Below, in pieces: positions 37,501-52,273 of a DNA stretch of 64,000 nucleotides. The DNA is from Cenococcum geophilum (taxonomy: Eukaryota). Numbering within the stretch: position 1 is the stretch's first letter; each line of letters opens with the position of its first letter. A program made the position numbers and the translations under genes. The notes under the pieces are model-generated. The model was not told the DNA's origin, did not search any database, and saw only the letters and a program-made list of their open reading frames with translations. The stretch covers positions 3,720,001 through 3,784,000 of the forward strand of contig CP158635.1 in the NCBI GenBank assembly GCA_050273025.1. The letters run 5' to 3'.

Positions 37501-40500
37501 AGAACTTAGACTTATTAATATTAATCTAAAGTCCAGTATTGCCGAGTCTTTAGATAACTTTATTTATATGCTTAGTATACTTAGCGCGTGTTTTAGAAAA
37601 GATAAGGATGTTATTAAGGTAGGTAGTGCAGTAGTTATTAAGGGCGTTATATAAAATATAGTTAATATAGTTCTAGAATATAGCGGGTGCGTTATAGAGG
37701 CTAAATAGTATAACTAGTATTTTATAGAGTCTGAACCGGGTAATAAATGCTATAAGCCATTTATAGCCCTCCATAATCTAGATTTAGTTAAATGTAGTAA
37801 TTGCATTAAGTTTTATAAAGTACTTAGCACTATAGAGTGCGTTAAGTATCTCGCGAATTAGTAGTAATGGGTACCAATTCTTAATAGTAACTGTGTTTAG
37901 GCTTTAGTAGTTATAGTAGATTTATATACCACCGCCAGGCTTAGTAGTAAGGAGGAGTAGTACAGCAGCTAGTAAGGTTAATTTATGGATAAAACCCTTA
38001 TCTAGCATCTTATTAATCTACTTCTTTACATACCTAAGTTTAGCAGGTAAGAGTAGTCTATTTTTATAGTACGGGGCCTAGTTTCTGGGGATAATCTTAA
38101 TTTTATAGTCCTATAGTTAGTAAAGGGGTAGCTTATCTACGTTCTTAGGGAGGAAGTGCTTAATATATTTACAAAACTCCTTTAGTAGGCGTTATAAAAT
38201 GTCCTTACAGGTTAATCCTAGTTTACCTTTTAGGAATTTCTTAATATTAGTGTTGATTATCTTCCGGCGTAGAAGCTCGGGCTTAGTTTTTAAATTTATT
38301 TTAAGGAAGTTGTAAAAATAGGGGGGCAGCGCCTTACGGGCTTCCTCTATTATATAGTTACCTTTTACTAGCTAGCGGAAGGATTCTTCTAATAGGTTCG
38401 GTACCTCTATTAAGCCTATAGGCAGTTCCTTAAGTAGCTATTAGTGCTTTTCTTATTTTATTAGTTCTACTAGCTCCGTTATATAGATCCTTATTACCTT
38501 TACGCTTTTTTATTTATAAAACTAGGCGAAGTTTACGGCGTATATATTTATAATATCGTCTAGATTAGGGCGTATTTAGTCTTCTCCTAACGTCGCGGTG
38601 GGGCTAGCTTATCTTAGTTAGCTCTTAGGGGCGGTTCCTAGGCGGCGGCCTTGTATAAGGCGTATAGGGAGTAGGTATAAGGTTAGGCGTTATAGTAGCT
38701 TAGTTTCTATTATCCGGGTCTTAATAGTTCTATAGCCAGTCCTTACTATAACGCGAGCTGTAGTATATATATATGGTATATAGCTTAGTTCTAGGTGTTA
38801 GGCTAGGTGGCTAGGGTTTAAAGGGTGTCTAGGTTAGCATTAGACTCTTAGTAGTAGCGGTGTAAAGTAGACTTTCTTTCTTAGTCTCGGCAAGGCTAGC
38901 TAGCCTATTATTTCAGTCTTAAGTGCTAGGGTAGTCCGGTCTTCTACTATCTTATTACTTTATAGCTATATAAGCTCCCCTTTATTAGGAACGTCTTCTA
39001 CTATTAGGGCTTTATATATAGTTCTAGGCACTAGGCTTAGTAGTGCTGAGTATCCATATAGGGCGTCCCTACTACTGTCGGTTATCCCCTACGGGAGGTA
39101 GTGCCTAGAGTAGTAGTCTAAGTTAAAGCGGATCTTAAGCTTCCTAAAGCTAGGGCGGGGCTTATACTTTTAAAGCTAAGGCATACCTAGAATAATTAGG
39201 GTAGCAGGCGAGAGTTTAGTAATAAAAAAGAGTATAGCTTTAGTATGGAGGCCAATTAACATTTGGGTGGTAAAGTAGTCCGTAATAAGCGAAGTTAGGA
39301 TACTATTTGCGAGGCGCAGTGGCCTAGGTGCTAGCAGCTTCTTAGTTATAACGTTATACTTTCTTATAATAGACTCTACGTTGGTAAATGCTATTATAGT
39401 ACTACCGGAGTCTATTAGGCTTACTATATTAATATAGACTTAGGGGTATAGGTTACGCAGTAAGGAGAGTTAGGTTTAAATAAGGATTAATTTCTTATTA
39501 CTATTTACTAATCTAAGATTAAGTGGTAGTTTACTAATAGAAAGGACTAATTAATCTAGTAATAGGGACCTAATCTTCTCATCTTTCTCCTTATATGGTT
39601 TGGACCCTTAGACGTAACTTAGTCTAAGGGTCTGCCTTTTAACGACTAGGGTATAGGGCTGTCTTAGCGGGGCGGTCCAGTGTCTATTTAGCTGGCGGTG
39701 TTGGTATTAGTATTAGTCGGGGTATAGGAAGATGATACCTCGCCAACAATGTGGCCATATTTATATTTATTAGCGCGGAGTCGCTAATACTAGGCGTTAT
39801 TAACGGGCTGAGCTCCTATATAGGGCATTGTTTAGAGTAACTAAGCTATAGGGTTAAAGGGGGGGGGTTATCCGCCGCGGCCATAATAGGCTCTATAGTC
39901 GCCGCGTCTATAATGGACTCCACAGTCGCCGCGTCCGCGGTTATTAGTTCGCGTCATTTAATAGGGTAGCATTAGGACTAGGTTTACTATCTTAACGGGG
40001 TTATAGGTATTCTTTTAGTGGCCGGGTAGGCTATAGGTAAGGTATAGTCTATTGTCGAAGCGGCGCTTACGCTCTATATCTAAGATTTTATTAAAGTCTA
40101 TAGGTTCTCTAGTTACTGCTAGGGTCGAGGTTAATATAGGGGTAGGGGCTTAAGTAGGTAGGCAGTGGTTAGCGTTCTTCTTAAGGTTGGCTTAGTATAT
40201 ATAGTTTGCGAGGTTCTTAGCGAATACATCCATTTACTTACTCTAACCTATATAGTCGTTATTATTAATTTTATAGGCAAGTCTAAGTACTAGCTCTTCT
40301 ATCTTTAGAGAGATAAACTTCTAGAGTAGGTCCACCTTCTATTTGTCTATCTTCTTAGCGCGGGCTATTAGCTTATTAAGCTCTCCTTTCTAGGACTAGT
40401 AATTACGCTCGCCTTAGGGGAAATGGTTAAGCTTATTCTTTATAACCTGGGTTATATTAAGGACCTTATAGTAGGTAGTAAGGTCTTTAAGCATATCTTC

Positions 40501-41464
40501 CTTAGCGGGCCATTTCCACGTAGATGTATTATTTGGGTTCTTATATATAAGCTCTAGGCCCTGCTTAATAAACTTATAGGCTTTATCCTCTAGTATATCT
40601 AAGATATAAAGGATCTGGGACTAAACTATATTAAAGTAGTCTTAGTCGCGGTTAAAGACTCCCTTAATCTTAATATGCCAGGTTTTAAAATTAGCTTATT
40701 ATTTTAGCGGGGTACCTTTTCCGCTAAATATTAGTGGGTCTTTAGACCTCCGTTTTTTCTACTAGGTTACTACCGTTATTATAGAGGTTAATTATTTTAG
40801 AATGGCGATAGTCTCTACCTAGAAGTTAATAGTTCCTATTTAGAAAGCAATAAGGGCACTAAGGTTTTTATTAGCTTTCTTATTAGCGGTGTTTGTGTTA
40901 TATATACACTATAGTTCTACTTTAATATTGTTAAGGAACTTATTAGTATAGTTGGTAAGGGTAAGGTAAGCTTTGCTAGGCTTAAAGGTCTTAGGGTATA
41001 GTAGGGAGCGGCGGATTGTCTACGCGATATTAGGGTATATCTATATAAAGAGGTCTGTAAAAACGTCGCGGGGGTTCTAGGTTTTGGCCATTTTAGCATC
41101 ATTAGTATCGCCTATCTAGGTACTAGGTAAAAACTAAGGATCGTTCTAGGACTGTGCTAGGGACATATTAGTTTTAGTAGAGGCGCGTATAGGTCGCGAT
41201 TGCTCTAGGGTAAAGGTTAATTAGCTAGGGTATGGGGAATTAGTAATCGCGACGGGGCGCAAATTAAAGATACTATAAACTATTACAGTGCTGTAATAAA
41301 GTAGACTAAATAACTACGTTATAGTATAAAGAGGAGAAGGTAAAAAGGGGGTATTATATATAAATAGTAGGGCCAGCCGCCAAGGCACTAGTGGTGGGCT
41401 AGCTAATAGTAGAAAACAGTACGAGACAGTATGGAACAGTATGCGTTAGGTCAGTGCCGTGACA
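34554..41464 (-). mobile_element. Full-length Gypsy LTR retrotransposon (Gypsy-2), RIP-inactivated
   Basis: 184-bp LTRs 34554-34737 and 41281-41464; TSD CTAGA; minus-strand PPT GGGAGAGAGGAG beside 34738; RT YL(D)(D)IL ~37610-37625, integrase ISDRG ~36020-36033, protease DSG ~39405. Confidence 0.95.
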
Positions 41465-41602
41465 CTAGAGAAAAGCTTTTCTCTAATGTTTTTCTTTTTC
41501 TAACTCCGTGCCGTCCTCTTAGATTAATAGAATCTTATCCGGTTTTACCTTTATTTAGTAGTCCTTTTAACTATATAAAAAGTAAGCTCTTTAATTACTA
41601 AG

Positions 41603-44600
41603 TGTGACGGCTTATATAAATGCTTCTGAACCGAAGCTTGTAGAATACTATCTTATAAAGATACTAAGCTAAAGAGAAGGAAAAGGGGTCGCTAGAACTG
41701 ATGTAAATAAATATATAGAGTAAGCCGCCAAGGCGCTAGCTTTAGGCGGGCTAATTACAGGTCGGCAGAATATAGCAGAATTTGGCAGGTAACGTGCGAT
41801 AGCGCCGTTACATTACCCCCCTCTTTAAAAGAAAGCCTGCCCTTAGGCTTAGTTAGAAATAGGGTAGCACTAGGCTTATAAACGTAGGATTATAAAATAT
41901 AAGATAAGGAGATAAAAAAGGATATAAGTACGTCTAGACTAAGTATAAAAGGCGGTTGTGGGCTAAGTAGAAGCACTAGGCTAGAAAGGGTAGCTGCTAA
42001 AAGTCTTAGCACAGATCTGACTAATTAGACAACTTTAACCGCCGGTTAAAGTTCCTTAATATCTGAAATTTTACGGTACTTGCAGAAAACGGCCGAATAT
42101 GGCAGAATTTGGCAGACAGCTGTATTAGGGCTTTGGGGCGTTTTTGTCCCTATATTTTTTCGGTAACTTATCATTTTTATTATACTAGCATTCCATCCAT
42201 TTGTCTAGGTACTTTGGGGGTCTAGGCATATTAGGGTATTGGTTATAAAACTCTTTAAGCTTCTAGGGGCAGCCTATAAAGTTTTACGTAGGGTACTAGG
42301 TTGGGTTAGGATTATAGCCCTTCTATTTAATATGGTATTTTAGCGTTCCCCATACTAACTTATAGGCCAGTATTTTATTAACCTCCTATTCGTCGTCACC
42401 GTTTACTTAAACTAGTAGGGGGGGGCTCGTTCTTTTATCTAGGCAATAGGTTATTTATAGCTTTCCGTAACTTATCTAGTAAGAAAATAGGGTGAACCCT
42501 AATTAAATCTAGGAGCTTTATCTTGTATAAGTTGCCTATCTTTTTAAGAACCTTATACGGTTCTACTATCTAATAGTCTAGCTTATAGCTAGGTCGTTTA
42601 GTCTTCTAATTCCTTATTATAACCTAGACTATATTACTAGGGACAAAGTCAGGCTCTTGACGGTGTTTATTTGCCTACTATTTTATTAACCTTTAAGCTT
42701 TTTCTAGGTTCTTGTAGGCTACCGTCTAAACTTCCTCTAATTATTTAGCGTACTATTAGGCCTTAATATAGAATAGCTTCTCTTATATAGTCTAGGGTTC
42801 TTTTAGCCTTTTCTAGTTAAAGCTTATATGGGGTAAGTATCCTATTTCTAGCTAAATTAGGGCAAACCCTATAGAGTTATAGGGTAGGGTTACTTACGCG
42901 TAGTTTATTAAGGGTAATAGTTTAGACTAGTTATCTTAGAAATAGTTAATAAAGGGCCTAAACCTCTAGTCTAGGTACTAATTTATAATCTCCGTCTAGC
43001 CGTCTGTCTAGGGGTAATAAGCCGTAGAAAGCTTTAGCTTAATACCTAGGATTTAGGTAAACTTATTCTAGAAGGCCGATATAAACTATAGCCTATAATT
43101 AGATATAATAGTATCTAGTAGACTGTAGATTTGGTAGACGTAATAGACATATAGCTAGGCTACCTCTTTAGCATTAATGTTTTTATAATAGGGAATTAAG
43201 AACGGGCGTTTACTAAAGTGGTTAACTATAACTATAATTATATTATATCCGTTACGGTCCCTAGGTAGTTTATAAAAGTCTATAGAAATATACTATTAAG
43301 GGCGCTCTAGTATCAGAAGTGGCTTAAGTAATCCTAGGGTTTTATCCCGTAGGATTATAGCTCTCTAGTAGTCTTCGCAGTTTCATATATATTAATTAAT
43401 ATCCGCAACTATTTTTAGCTAGTAGTAGCGGCAGTTAATAATTTTATAGGTTTTATTCTTGCTAGGGTATGCCGTAGAGACTTAGCAATAAGCTTTACGG
43501 ATTAGTTTAGTCCATAAATTGTTAACGTTAGGGACTATAAGCCGCTCCTAATATAGGAGTAATTCTTCCTCCATCTTAAAATTAGGGTCTCCCTTTACAG
43601 CTTATTTATAGAGGGACCTTAGGGCGTTAGCCGTGCAGTTTACCGTTAGGAGGCGGTTAATTAGCCTTATTAGCTTATCTAAGGACTCCTCTATTAGTGC
43701 TAGCTCGTTTTACTAGGAGTCTAGCTCCTTAAAGATCTATAGGTCGAGCTATTCTAAATAGAAAAGGGCGCGCGTCCGATATTAGGTCTTTAGCTTATCC
43801 TAAGGTCCTATATCTTATTCTCTTTAGGTTAAGGTATTAGCCTTAGAGTTTTGCTTACTAGAATAATATATAATTATAAAGAAGAACTAGGAGAGTATTT
43901 CGGCCTACTAGGCTTATTATTTAGTAAGCTACTTTATAGTTATAAAGTACTCTAAGGCTTTATAATCTATATATATCCTAATCCGGGAGTTTGTACCTTT
44001 AAGCTCTACGCGCTATTAGAAGAGTAATTAAATAATAGCTAGCATTTCTTTATTATATACTTTATAGTTACACTTAGCTAGGTTTATTATTTTTAAGAAG
44101 AAAGTAATAGGGTACTATTTACTGTTTAGATATAACTGTAATAGGATTTCTGCTATAACCCTATTAGAGGCGTCCGTTTCTAATATTAATTTAAAGTCTA
44201 GGTTATAATAATAAAGGATTAGGGAAGAGATAAGCCGATCCTTTATCTCTTTAAAGGCCTCTATATAGCTATTATTAAAGATAAAAAGCATATCCTTCCT
44301 AATTAGTTATATAAGAGGTTTTACCACAATTTTATAGTTGTGGATAAACTAGTAGTAGAAGTTATAAAAACTAAGGAAGGATTGGATTCCTTTTACTATA
44401 TAGAAGGGCTTCTAGTTATAGATTGCCTCTACCTTCTTAGGGTTAACCTTAATTCCTTCTATAGTTATAATAAACCCGAGGTATTTTATATATTTTACCC
44501 TAAACTCGCATTTCTTAATATTAACTTATAAGCCTGTGTTTTGTAGTCTCTCTAGGACCTTCTTAATATGAACTTAATACTTAAGTTCGTTGTCTAAGTA

Positions 44601-47600
44601 TATAAGAATATTATCTAGGTATACCATGTAGAACTCGTTAAGGTAATTAAAAAGAATGTTATTTATATACCTTTAGTATATAGCCAGTCCGTTTATTAGT
44701 CTAAAAGGAAGAACTTTATATTTATAGGAACTATAATAGGTACGGAATATTGTTAAATCTTTAGATACGGGGTCTATTTTAATTTGGTAGAAAGCCTAGC
44801 GGATATTAAGTTTAGTAAAGATTTTTGCCTAGCTTAGATGTATAAGGGTCTTATTAATTAAAAGAATAAGATACTAATCCTTTTAAGTAATAGCGTTTAG
44901 CTTTTAATAGTTAATGCAAAAGCAAAGGCCTTTATTAGGCTTTTTTATAAATAGAATAGAAGAAGTAAAAGGGGCTTAACTTAGCTTAATAAACCCTTTA
45001 TCCAGGTTATTAATTAAGTACTACTTTATTGCTTTTAGCTTATCCGTTAATTATTAGTAAAGGGGGCTATAACTTAGTAAGTTATTAGCTTTTAATTAAA
45101 TCTTATAATTGTATATCTGGTAAGGGGGTAACTTATCTAAAGCCGCCTTTAAGAATGTATCCTTGTAATTTATATAAATAGTAGAAAGAAGGCGTTTAAC
45201 TAGTTCCTCGTCGGTCTCCTTAGCTAGCTCTTCCTCCCTATTATTAATAATTTGGTTAATCTTGTATAGGCTTGTTATAAAGACCTTATTATCCTTCCGG
45301 TATATATTAAAGTAGAATACTATCGCGCTAATTACGGCGATATCTATGGCGGGGGGGTTATATAATAATAGGGGCGTACGTAACTTTATATACTTTTAAG
45401 GTATTAGCGTTATTATTACTCCTTTTAGCTCCTGTTGCATTTTTTAGAGGTTATCCCTTATATCCTATTAATGCGTTCTTTTCTATACTGGTTAGATCTA
45501 CGCGATTTAGACGTTATCTATATTACTATCTATCCCGCTTTTATACGTAGAGTTTTCTTTAAATATAGCGCTTTAGGAGAGTATCTTTATTAGTATGAAG
45601 TTCTTTCTAGCTTTGCGGCGGGCGTCTTCTTAAGTAAAGGCTAGGTTATGGGCCTGGACATCCTACTAGTAGGTAGGGTTAGCCCTTACGGCTAATGTCT
45701 TATAGTTGGTTCAAATTTCCCTAATAAAAGAGGGCAACTTTGGTTTATCCTCCGGCTAGATAAACTATCTTTATTATACGTTTAGCTAAATATTAAAATA
45801 GGACATCTATTTTTGTTTAAGGATTATATCGTGGGACCCTAGGTCTAGGATACAAAAAGGGATACTATATTAGCGTCGTCCGTTAAAAGTAATATGCAAC
45901 TTTAAAACGTAGGTAACCGGTTAACCGGCTTGGCCGTTATAGCCTTTTACCTAAATAGGCTTCTCTAGTCGGATGGCTTCTATATTTAAAAATTTGGCAA
46001 TATTATTTATATAGGTAGTATTTATAAAGGCGAAGCTATTTGCTCTAGTATTAATAAGGGCAGTTATATTTACTTTATATCTATTTTAAGATACTATATA
46101 TAAAACGGTAAAATGCTTTTTACCTATTAACTAACTAAGATTAATCTTTTTAAGATTAATAGGGTACCCTAGGGGAGTTTTTCCCTAGGGCTCTTCTTTT
46201 TCTAACTTGTTGGACGTTTCTTCTTCCTCTATTTCCTTAATATCGCTTATATCCTTTAGCTCTAGGCAAGATAAGGTAAAGTGACCCTCCTTATTATAGT
46301 TATAGCAAGTAGCCAAGGCAGGGTTAATTAGGGTATTGCGACGAATACTAGTTAGGGGTATGGTACGTAGCTAGTTAGGTAAGGCCCGCTAGTGCGTAGA
46401 TATAACCGCTTTTAGTATAAGGGCGGTTGTGGCTTATCTTCCTACTCTAGCTCCTGTAGGTGTAGCTAATGAGTTTTAATCGTTCTGGGGTCGCTTCTGC
46501 CGATTAGGGTAGGCGTTAATTCGCTTTAGTTCTAAATCTAGTAATAGGTAATAAGTTGCGAGTCTGTTATACGTTAGAAGGTCGTTTAAGGTTATAGTAA
46601 TCTTCTTTTATAGCCGAATTATTAGCTTATTGTATAAGTCTAATTAGTAGTTCTTAAGGGGAACCTAGCCTTTTCCTATAAGGTATAGGAATTAAGTCTA
46701 GAATTTGGTAAAGGGTTAGTTTAGTTTTATTATTAGGCGATTATAGTTATACTAGGCGTCCTATACTTTATTTAGGTTAATATAGATAGCTGCTAGGTGC
46801 CGTATTATTTTATTAATAGATGTAAATCGGATAGGGGAATTGTCCTTAAACTTGGCTTAAAGGTGCTGTTAGGCGTCCCTAGTGGTTTAACCAAAAAGGT
46901 AGAGCATTTTGGCTTCCTCGGAAAGGAAATAGTTATAGTTAACGCGGAGTTTTCCTTATACTTAAATCCTCCAATTCTTAAAGGTAGGGTCTATTCTGTT
47001 GGATAGTAGTTAGGGGTTAGGGAGCTTAACGGACTTTACTTACTTTATTATTATATCCGTACTCCCTAGTATATTGTATTTAGTAGAGTGAGTATATTAG
47101 CTAGGGCTTTAAGAAGGGGAAGCTAGGCTATTTTATAGGGCTGTAAGGCTCTCTAGGATCTTTTATAGGGTCTCTTGTATATTCCTTGCCTTAAGATAAT
47201 TGGCTTCCTAGCTGGCTGTAAGGGCGCGAATCTGCTCGCGTATATCTATAACGTTATTATTATCTTTAATTTCTAATCCTAATTGGATCTTAGGTTCCTC
47301 TTAGGTAGAGGCAGCTCTCTTAAATAAGCTTACTTTGGGTACCATCGTTAGCTTCCTAGGGTTTATTAGTATTATATACTTTAGTTTTAATTCTAAGGGT
47401 ATAGGTCTAGTCCTATTTAGCTTATAAGGTAGGATATTATCTAGGCCTTCCTAGGCAATGTAGAGTTGTTTTGGTGTCTGAGTATAGCGCGTTAACGCGT
47501 CATTGTAGACGAAGTTTTTTTTTCTTTTAGGGTGGGATATTATTAAGGCCTTCCTAGGCAATGTAGGGAGAGCTTAGTATAATGTAACGGCTTGTATAAA

Positions 47601-47792
47601 TGCTTCTGAATTAAAGCTTATAGAATGCTATCTTATAAAGATACTAAGCTAAAGAGAAGGAAAAGGGGTTACTAGGACCGATGTAAATAAATATATAAGG
47701 TAAGCCGCTAAGGCGCTAGCTTTAGGCGGGCCAATCACAGGTCGGCAGAATATAGCAGAATTTGGTAGGTAACGTACGATAGCGCTGTTACA
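41603..47792 (-). mobile_element. Full-length Gypsy LTR retrotransposon (Gypsy-3), RIP-inactivated
   Basis: 210-bp LTRs 41603-41812 and 47583-47792; TSD CTAAG; PPT beside 41813; chromodomain ~42240-42400, RT YLD(D)IL ~44605-44622, gag zinc knuckle ~46270-46310. Confidence 0.95.
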
Positions 47793-47854
47793 CTAAGGGC
47801 CTATTTATAGGAGTTGCTATATATAGGATAAGTATATACTAGACCCGTACTAAG

Positions 47855-50258
47855 CAGTGTGGTTTTCGATAACTTATTATTAATAAGATTAATTAATAAT
47901 CGTTATTAACGACAATCGATTATTATCGATTTTTATTAATAATTCTTACCGCTTAACCAAAATTTCTGAACTCCTTCCTTCTCTTTAATTATTTTGTACG
48001 AATTATGGATTCCAAAATTAATTTATCTCTTCCTGCGCCTTTAACTACCTATAATTCGGTTAAAACTAAATTAAAAGGAAGGGGTAGATCCGCTTATATA
48101 ATATAGGTCTATACTTAAACAGCATATAATAAAGAGAATTCTCAGCTTAAATTCTATATACACTATACAGCGACACTACTATATGGCACTTCGGTTAGTA
48201 CAAATATGCGTGGACATCTTAAGTTAAAGCATGGAATATATATTGACTAAACTCCAGGTCCAATTTAAGAAGAAACTGTCCGCTAACTATAGCAACTTTA
48301 TACCTAAGTAGAGTCTTTAGGCCAAATAAAAGAGATTAATACTTAAGTCTACCGAAAACATCTAAATTAGGATATAATTAATGAGGCTTTAATTACACTA
48401 ATTGTTATACGAAACCTTCCTTTTTAAGTTATTAAATGGCCTAAATTTTATACTTTTTACTAAGTGCTTAATCCAGAATCGTCCGACTTTATAACTATAG
48501 CACACTTTTAAGTTATAAAGAAGATTAAGCAGTCTTGGTAGACTTATAAAGACATTATATAAAAGAAACTTTAGTTAGTAGTATTAAGTATTTATCTTTT
48601 ACTTAATATCTAGATCTCCCTAAATAGGCTCCTTCTTCTAGGGATCTGCGCCTACTTTGTTAACCGTAGTTAAGAGAAGCGCTTAAAGGCCCTCCTTATA
48701 CTTTATACGGTAGCAAACTATAGCGGAAACGAGTAATTCGCTACTCTTCTCCTAGTCCTTAAGAACTATGGTATTATATAAAAGCTTAGGTCTATCGTTT
48801 GTGATAACGCCACTTTAAATGATATACTTTATTGTACGGTAGAAGCCTATCTTTAGAAAGAGGAGGATATTAAATAGGATTCTACGTATTAGCGGATCCG
48901 CTATACTAGTTATATTATTAATTTAGCTATATAAGCCTTTCTATTTTATAGTCTAATTAAAATAAAGTAACTTAAGTCGTATAATAAATAAGAAGGAAAA
49001 GGAGAGATAGTAGATAAAAAGGAGAAATAGGCAACCTTTTAGGTTATGGGACCACTTAGTAAGCTTTATAATATTGTTATATATATCCGCAATTCCGCTA
49101 GTTATATAAAGGAGTTTAAAGATCTAGCGGAGAGAATAATTTTATTTAATAATTATATAAAATGGAATAGCTGGTTTTAAAATGCTGGCTGTAGCCAATT
49201 AAAAGGCAGGAGCTATTAATACCTACGCTAAGAACTACTTTGCTACGCTTTAGGTAGACTATCTTTCTTTAGAGGACTAGAAACGGCTTCATATAATTAA
49301 GGAATTCTTTTAACTGTTCTATAGAGCAACTTTAGAGACTTAGGGTAACTATATAACAATTAATAGTATACTCTTTACTATAGATATTATTGTTTAGTAC
49401 CCTAAAGCCGCGCTTATAAGTAAACTTCCTTCTAGATTAGATAATATTAATACTATATAATAGTCTGAATATGCTTTTAATAAGGAGTTTAACGCTTAAA
49501 TTAGAAAGGGGTGAGAGACCTTTAATAAGTACTATAGTAAAACGGACGACTTACTACTTTATACTACCGCCCTTATTCTTTATCTAAACCGTTATATAAA
49601 GTATATTAAGGCAAACTGGAAAGTAAAGTAGGTTAAGCCTATATTAAAAAAGGTTAAAGAGCTTTAGGAGTCCTACTAGGAAAAAGCTCCTACTTCTCTA
49701 AGTCCTCTATTGTATAAAAGGAGACCTTAGGAGTAGAAACTTAACGTATTTAATTGGATTGCTTAAAAGCTAGGGAAGTATACTCGACTAGTAAGTTAGG
49801 ATAAGTACTAAAATTATTATAATAGGGAACCGTACGATATTAGTAAGATGCCGGCGCTTAAATAGTAGTATTAAGATTAATAAAGAAAACGTTGGCTAAG
49901 GTTATTATATATAGCAATTAATATTCTCTTAATTCTAGCTATAAGCGATAAACTAGAGCGAGTCTTTTTAGGGGGATATTATATAGTATTATAGGAAAGG
50001 GCGCAGATAGGAGCAGAAAATCTTAAGAGGGTAGAGTGTTTAAAACATTGTAAACGAAGTGGTATTTTAGACGAATAATATCTAATATTAGGCAACTATT
50101 AGGGCCTTTTTTGGAAGCCTTCCTCTAAATTCCCTTTGTAAATTAATTAGCCTTAGGCACGTACTATAATGCTAAGTAATTATTAATAATTATTAATTAT
50201 CGACCAATGATAGCGATTATCGATTAATGCCTTATTGATAGCATTGAAAACCACACTA
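47855..50258 (+). mobile_element. hAT DNA transposon, RIP-inactivated
   Basis: TIR CAGTGTGGTTTTC / GAAAACCACACTA; 8-bp TSD GTACTAAG/GTACCAAG; subterminal ATCGAT/ATTAAT repeats; BED-finger remnant ~48150-48235; dimerisation motif AI(D)ILLILAISDKLERVF ~49913-49967. Confidence 0.93.
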
Positions 50259-51455
50259 GTACCAAGACTAGCTAGGTTAATGGCGGGCTATACGGCTAGT
50301 ATTATAGGAGTTATAGGTTATATAAAGGTATTATAGGCTATTTTTGTGAGGTAAAAGGCTCTATACTACCTAGCCACAGCACAAACCCTAAAAGGTAAGC
50401 GAGTGACTAGCAAGATGCTAGGTATAGCTATGCGGAACAATATATATAGGTGAGGTGACTTTATTACCTAATAGTTTTTATATTACCTATAGTCTAATTT
50501 AAGGGGTTTTAGCTTTTAATGGCTTAGCCCATACTTTAATTTAATAGAAGCTTTAATTAATAACTGGCAAATAGTCTATAAGTTCTTTTAATATCTGTAT
50601 AGTAGTAAAAACTAGTAGTATAACTCGCTATAGATCTAGGGTAAGCCTATTAAAGAGGTCTAGTAGTAAGTCTTCTTAGGAAATTTATAAAAGGTTTAGT
50701 TAATAGAATAGGATCTATTAGTAGCTAGGTAACTAAAATTCCAAGCTAAAGGCTAGAAGAAGGTAGAGGAAAGAGTATATCTATATATATAGCGCTAAGC
50801 CCCTAGCTAAGCCCCTAACTAGGGTTTATAATAGTGCTGTAATAAAATTTAGGCCTAGCTAGCTAGGTATAAAAAGCGGGTCTAAAGGCTAAAAATGTCT
50901 CTATTATTTTTATTATTAGGCCCTTATAATTAAGATAAGCGTTTTATACTAAGGGGTTCTTGTAAATAAAAGATAAGCAGTTAATTATCTCCTTTTTATA
51001 GAGAATAAGGTTTGCTTAGTCCTTAGTATACTATGGATATAAGTGCGTCTAGGTGTCCTTACTAGTGCGGCCGAAGATATAGGCTATTTTAGCTTAGGTA
51101 GTATAAAAGTAGTTAATATTAACTTTAAGCTTATCCTGTAATTAAAGCTTCTAGTTATTAAATATAGAGTTAGCTCTATTTATAATTAACGGGGGGTCCG
51201 TAGCCTTTACAGACCGTAATAGTGCTATACGTTAAGATAGGGCCTTAAGGACCGTAGTGAGCCTCTAAGTATCCGATAATTTATTACTAGATATAGGGGT
51301 ATCTCTAGTTTTAAGTAGCTCTTATAGCTATTTAATTTTAGTATTAGCTGCCGTAAGCCTCTTTTAGGGGGTTATTAACTAGAAAAACTAGATTAGAAAA
51401 GAAGGATATATATATAGATTGACCTATAAAGAAATAAAGCTATATATATACAGTA

Positions 51456-51683
51456 TGTAATGGCTTAAACCACTATATAAATGCCCTAACAGAGGCTTAA
51501 ATAAATGCTTCTAAGGTAAAGCGAGCAAATGCTATATTACGAAGATATTAAGCTAAGGAGAAGAAGGAGAGGCATATATAGGAGGGAGAGACGTACTATA
51601 TACGTATTGGGGCGCCAAGCTCTTAGATAAACCCCTAACTAGGTCCTACTATAATCTAGGTAACACGCCCTAGCGCCGTTATA
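51456..51683. mobile_element. Solo LTR related to the Gypsy-3 LTR
   Basis: TGTAATGGC...GCCGTTATA; flanks CAGTA/TAGTA (RIP'd TSD); shares ATAAATGCTTCT and GATATTAAGCTAAGGAGAAG blocks with 41603-41812. Confidence 0.8.
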
Positions 51684-52273
51684 TAGTAGATAAGTTATAA
51701 ATACCCCTAATCTAACCCTAATATAGTAGTAATCGGCACTAGGTTGATAGGGTTTAAGATAGTTACTATTTTACTATTTGTAAGGAATATTATTGCGGTC
51801 ACTTTAAGTTGCCCTTAAGACGACCCCCAGATACCCCTTAGGTAGTTATTAGTTATATACTAAAGGCACGTGCCTATAGTATATAGTCTCTCCAATCCCA
51901 AAGGCCCTACCTCCTTAAGGATTTGTCTCCTCTATAATCTATTCTGTTTCTATAATTATATCTTATAGCTCTCTATCTACGAAGTCCCCTTATACTATTA
52001 GAGGTATTTAAGGATCTTATAGCTGCTTTACTGGCTACTATGTTTCTAAACATAGTAATAAAGATATTAAGTAATTTCTGGTGATTTCTTTAGAGGTTCT
52101 AGTCTGTATATATTCTTTAGATTCTATTATATATATCTTCTAGGTTTTATCCTATCTCTAAAATTCTAGTAATAGCCTTTAAGTCCAATTTTATATTCTT
52201 ATCTTATTTTATAATCTATATATATATATATAATTTCTTTTTTAGGAAAAAGAGTAGTAAGAGCTTTAGATAA

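Larger units (their letters stand above)
33600..51420 (-). mobile_element. Old truncated Gypsy (gag/protease region) fragmented by four later insertions; outer limits approximate
   Basis: Pieces 33600-33740, 34369-34553, 41465-41602, 47793-47854 and 50259-~51420 are colinear with the gag/protease region at ~59755-60996. Confidence 0.75.

Noticed and set aside
51704..51721. CCCTAA-like telomeric motif
   Set aside because: Only two to three imperfect units in RIP'd DNA.
51690..52270. Degraded coding-like tract
   Set aside because: No motif could be recovered in the frames examined.
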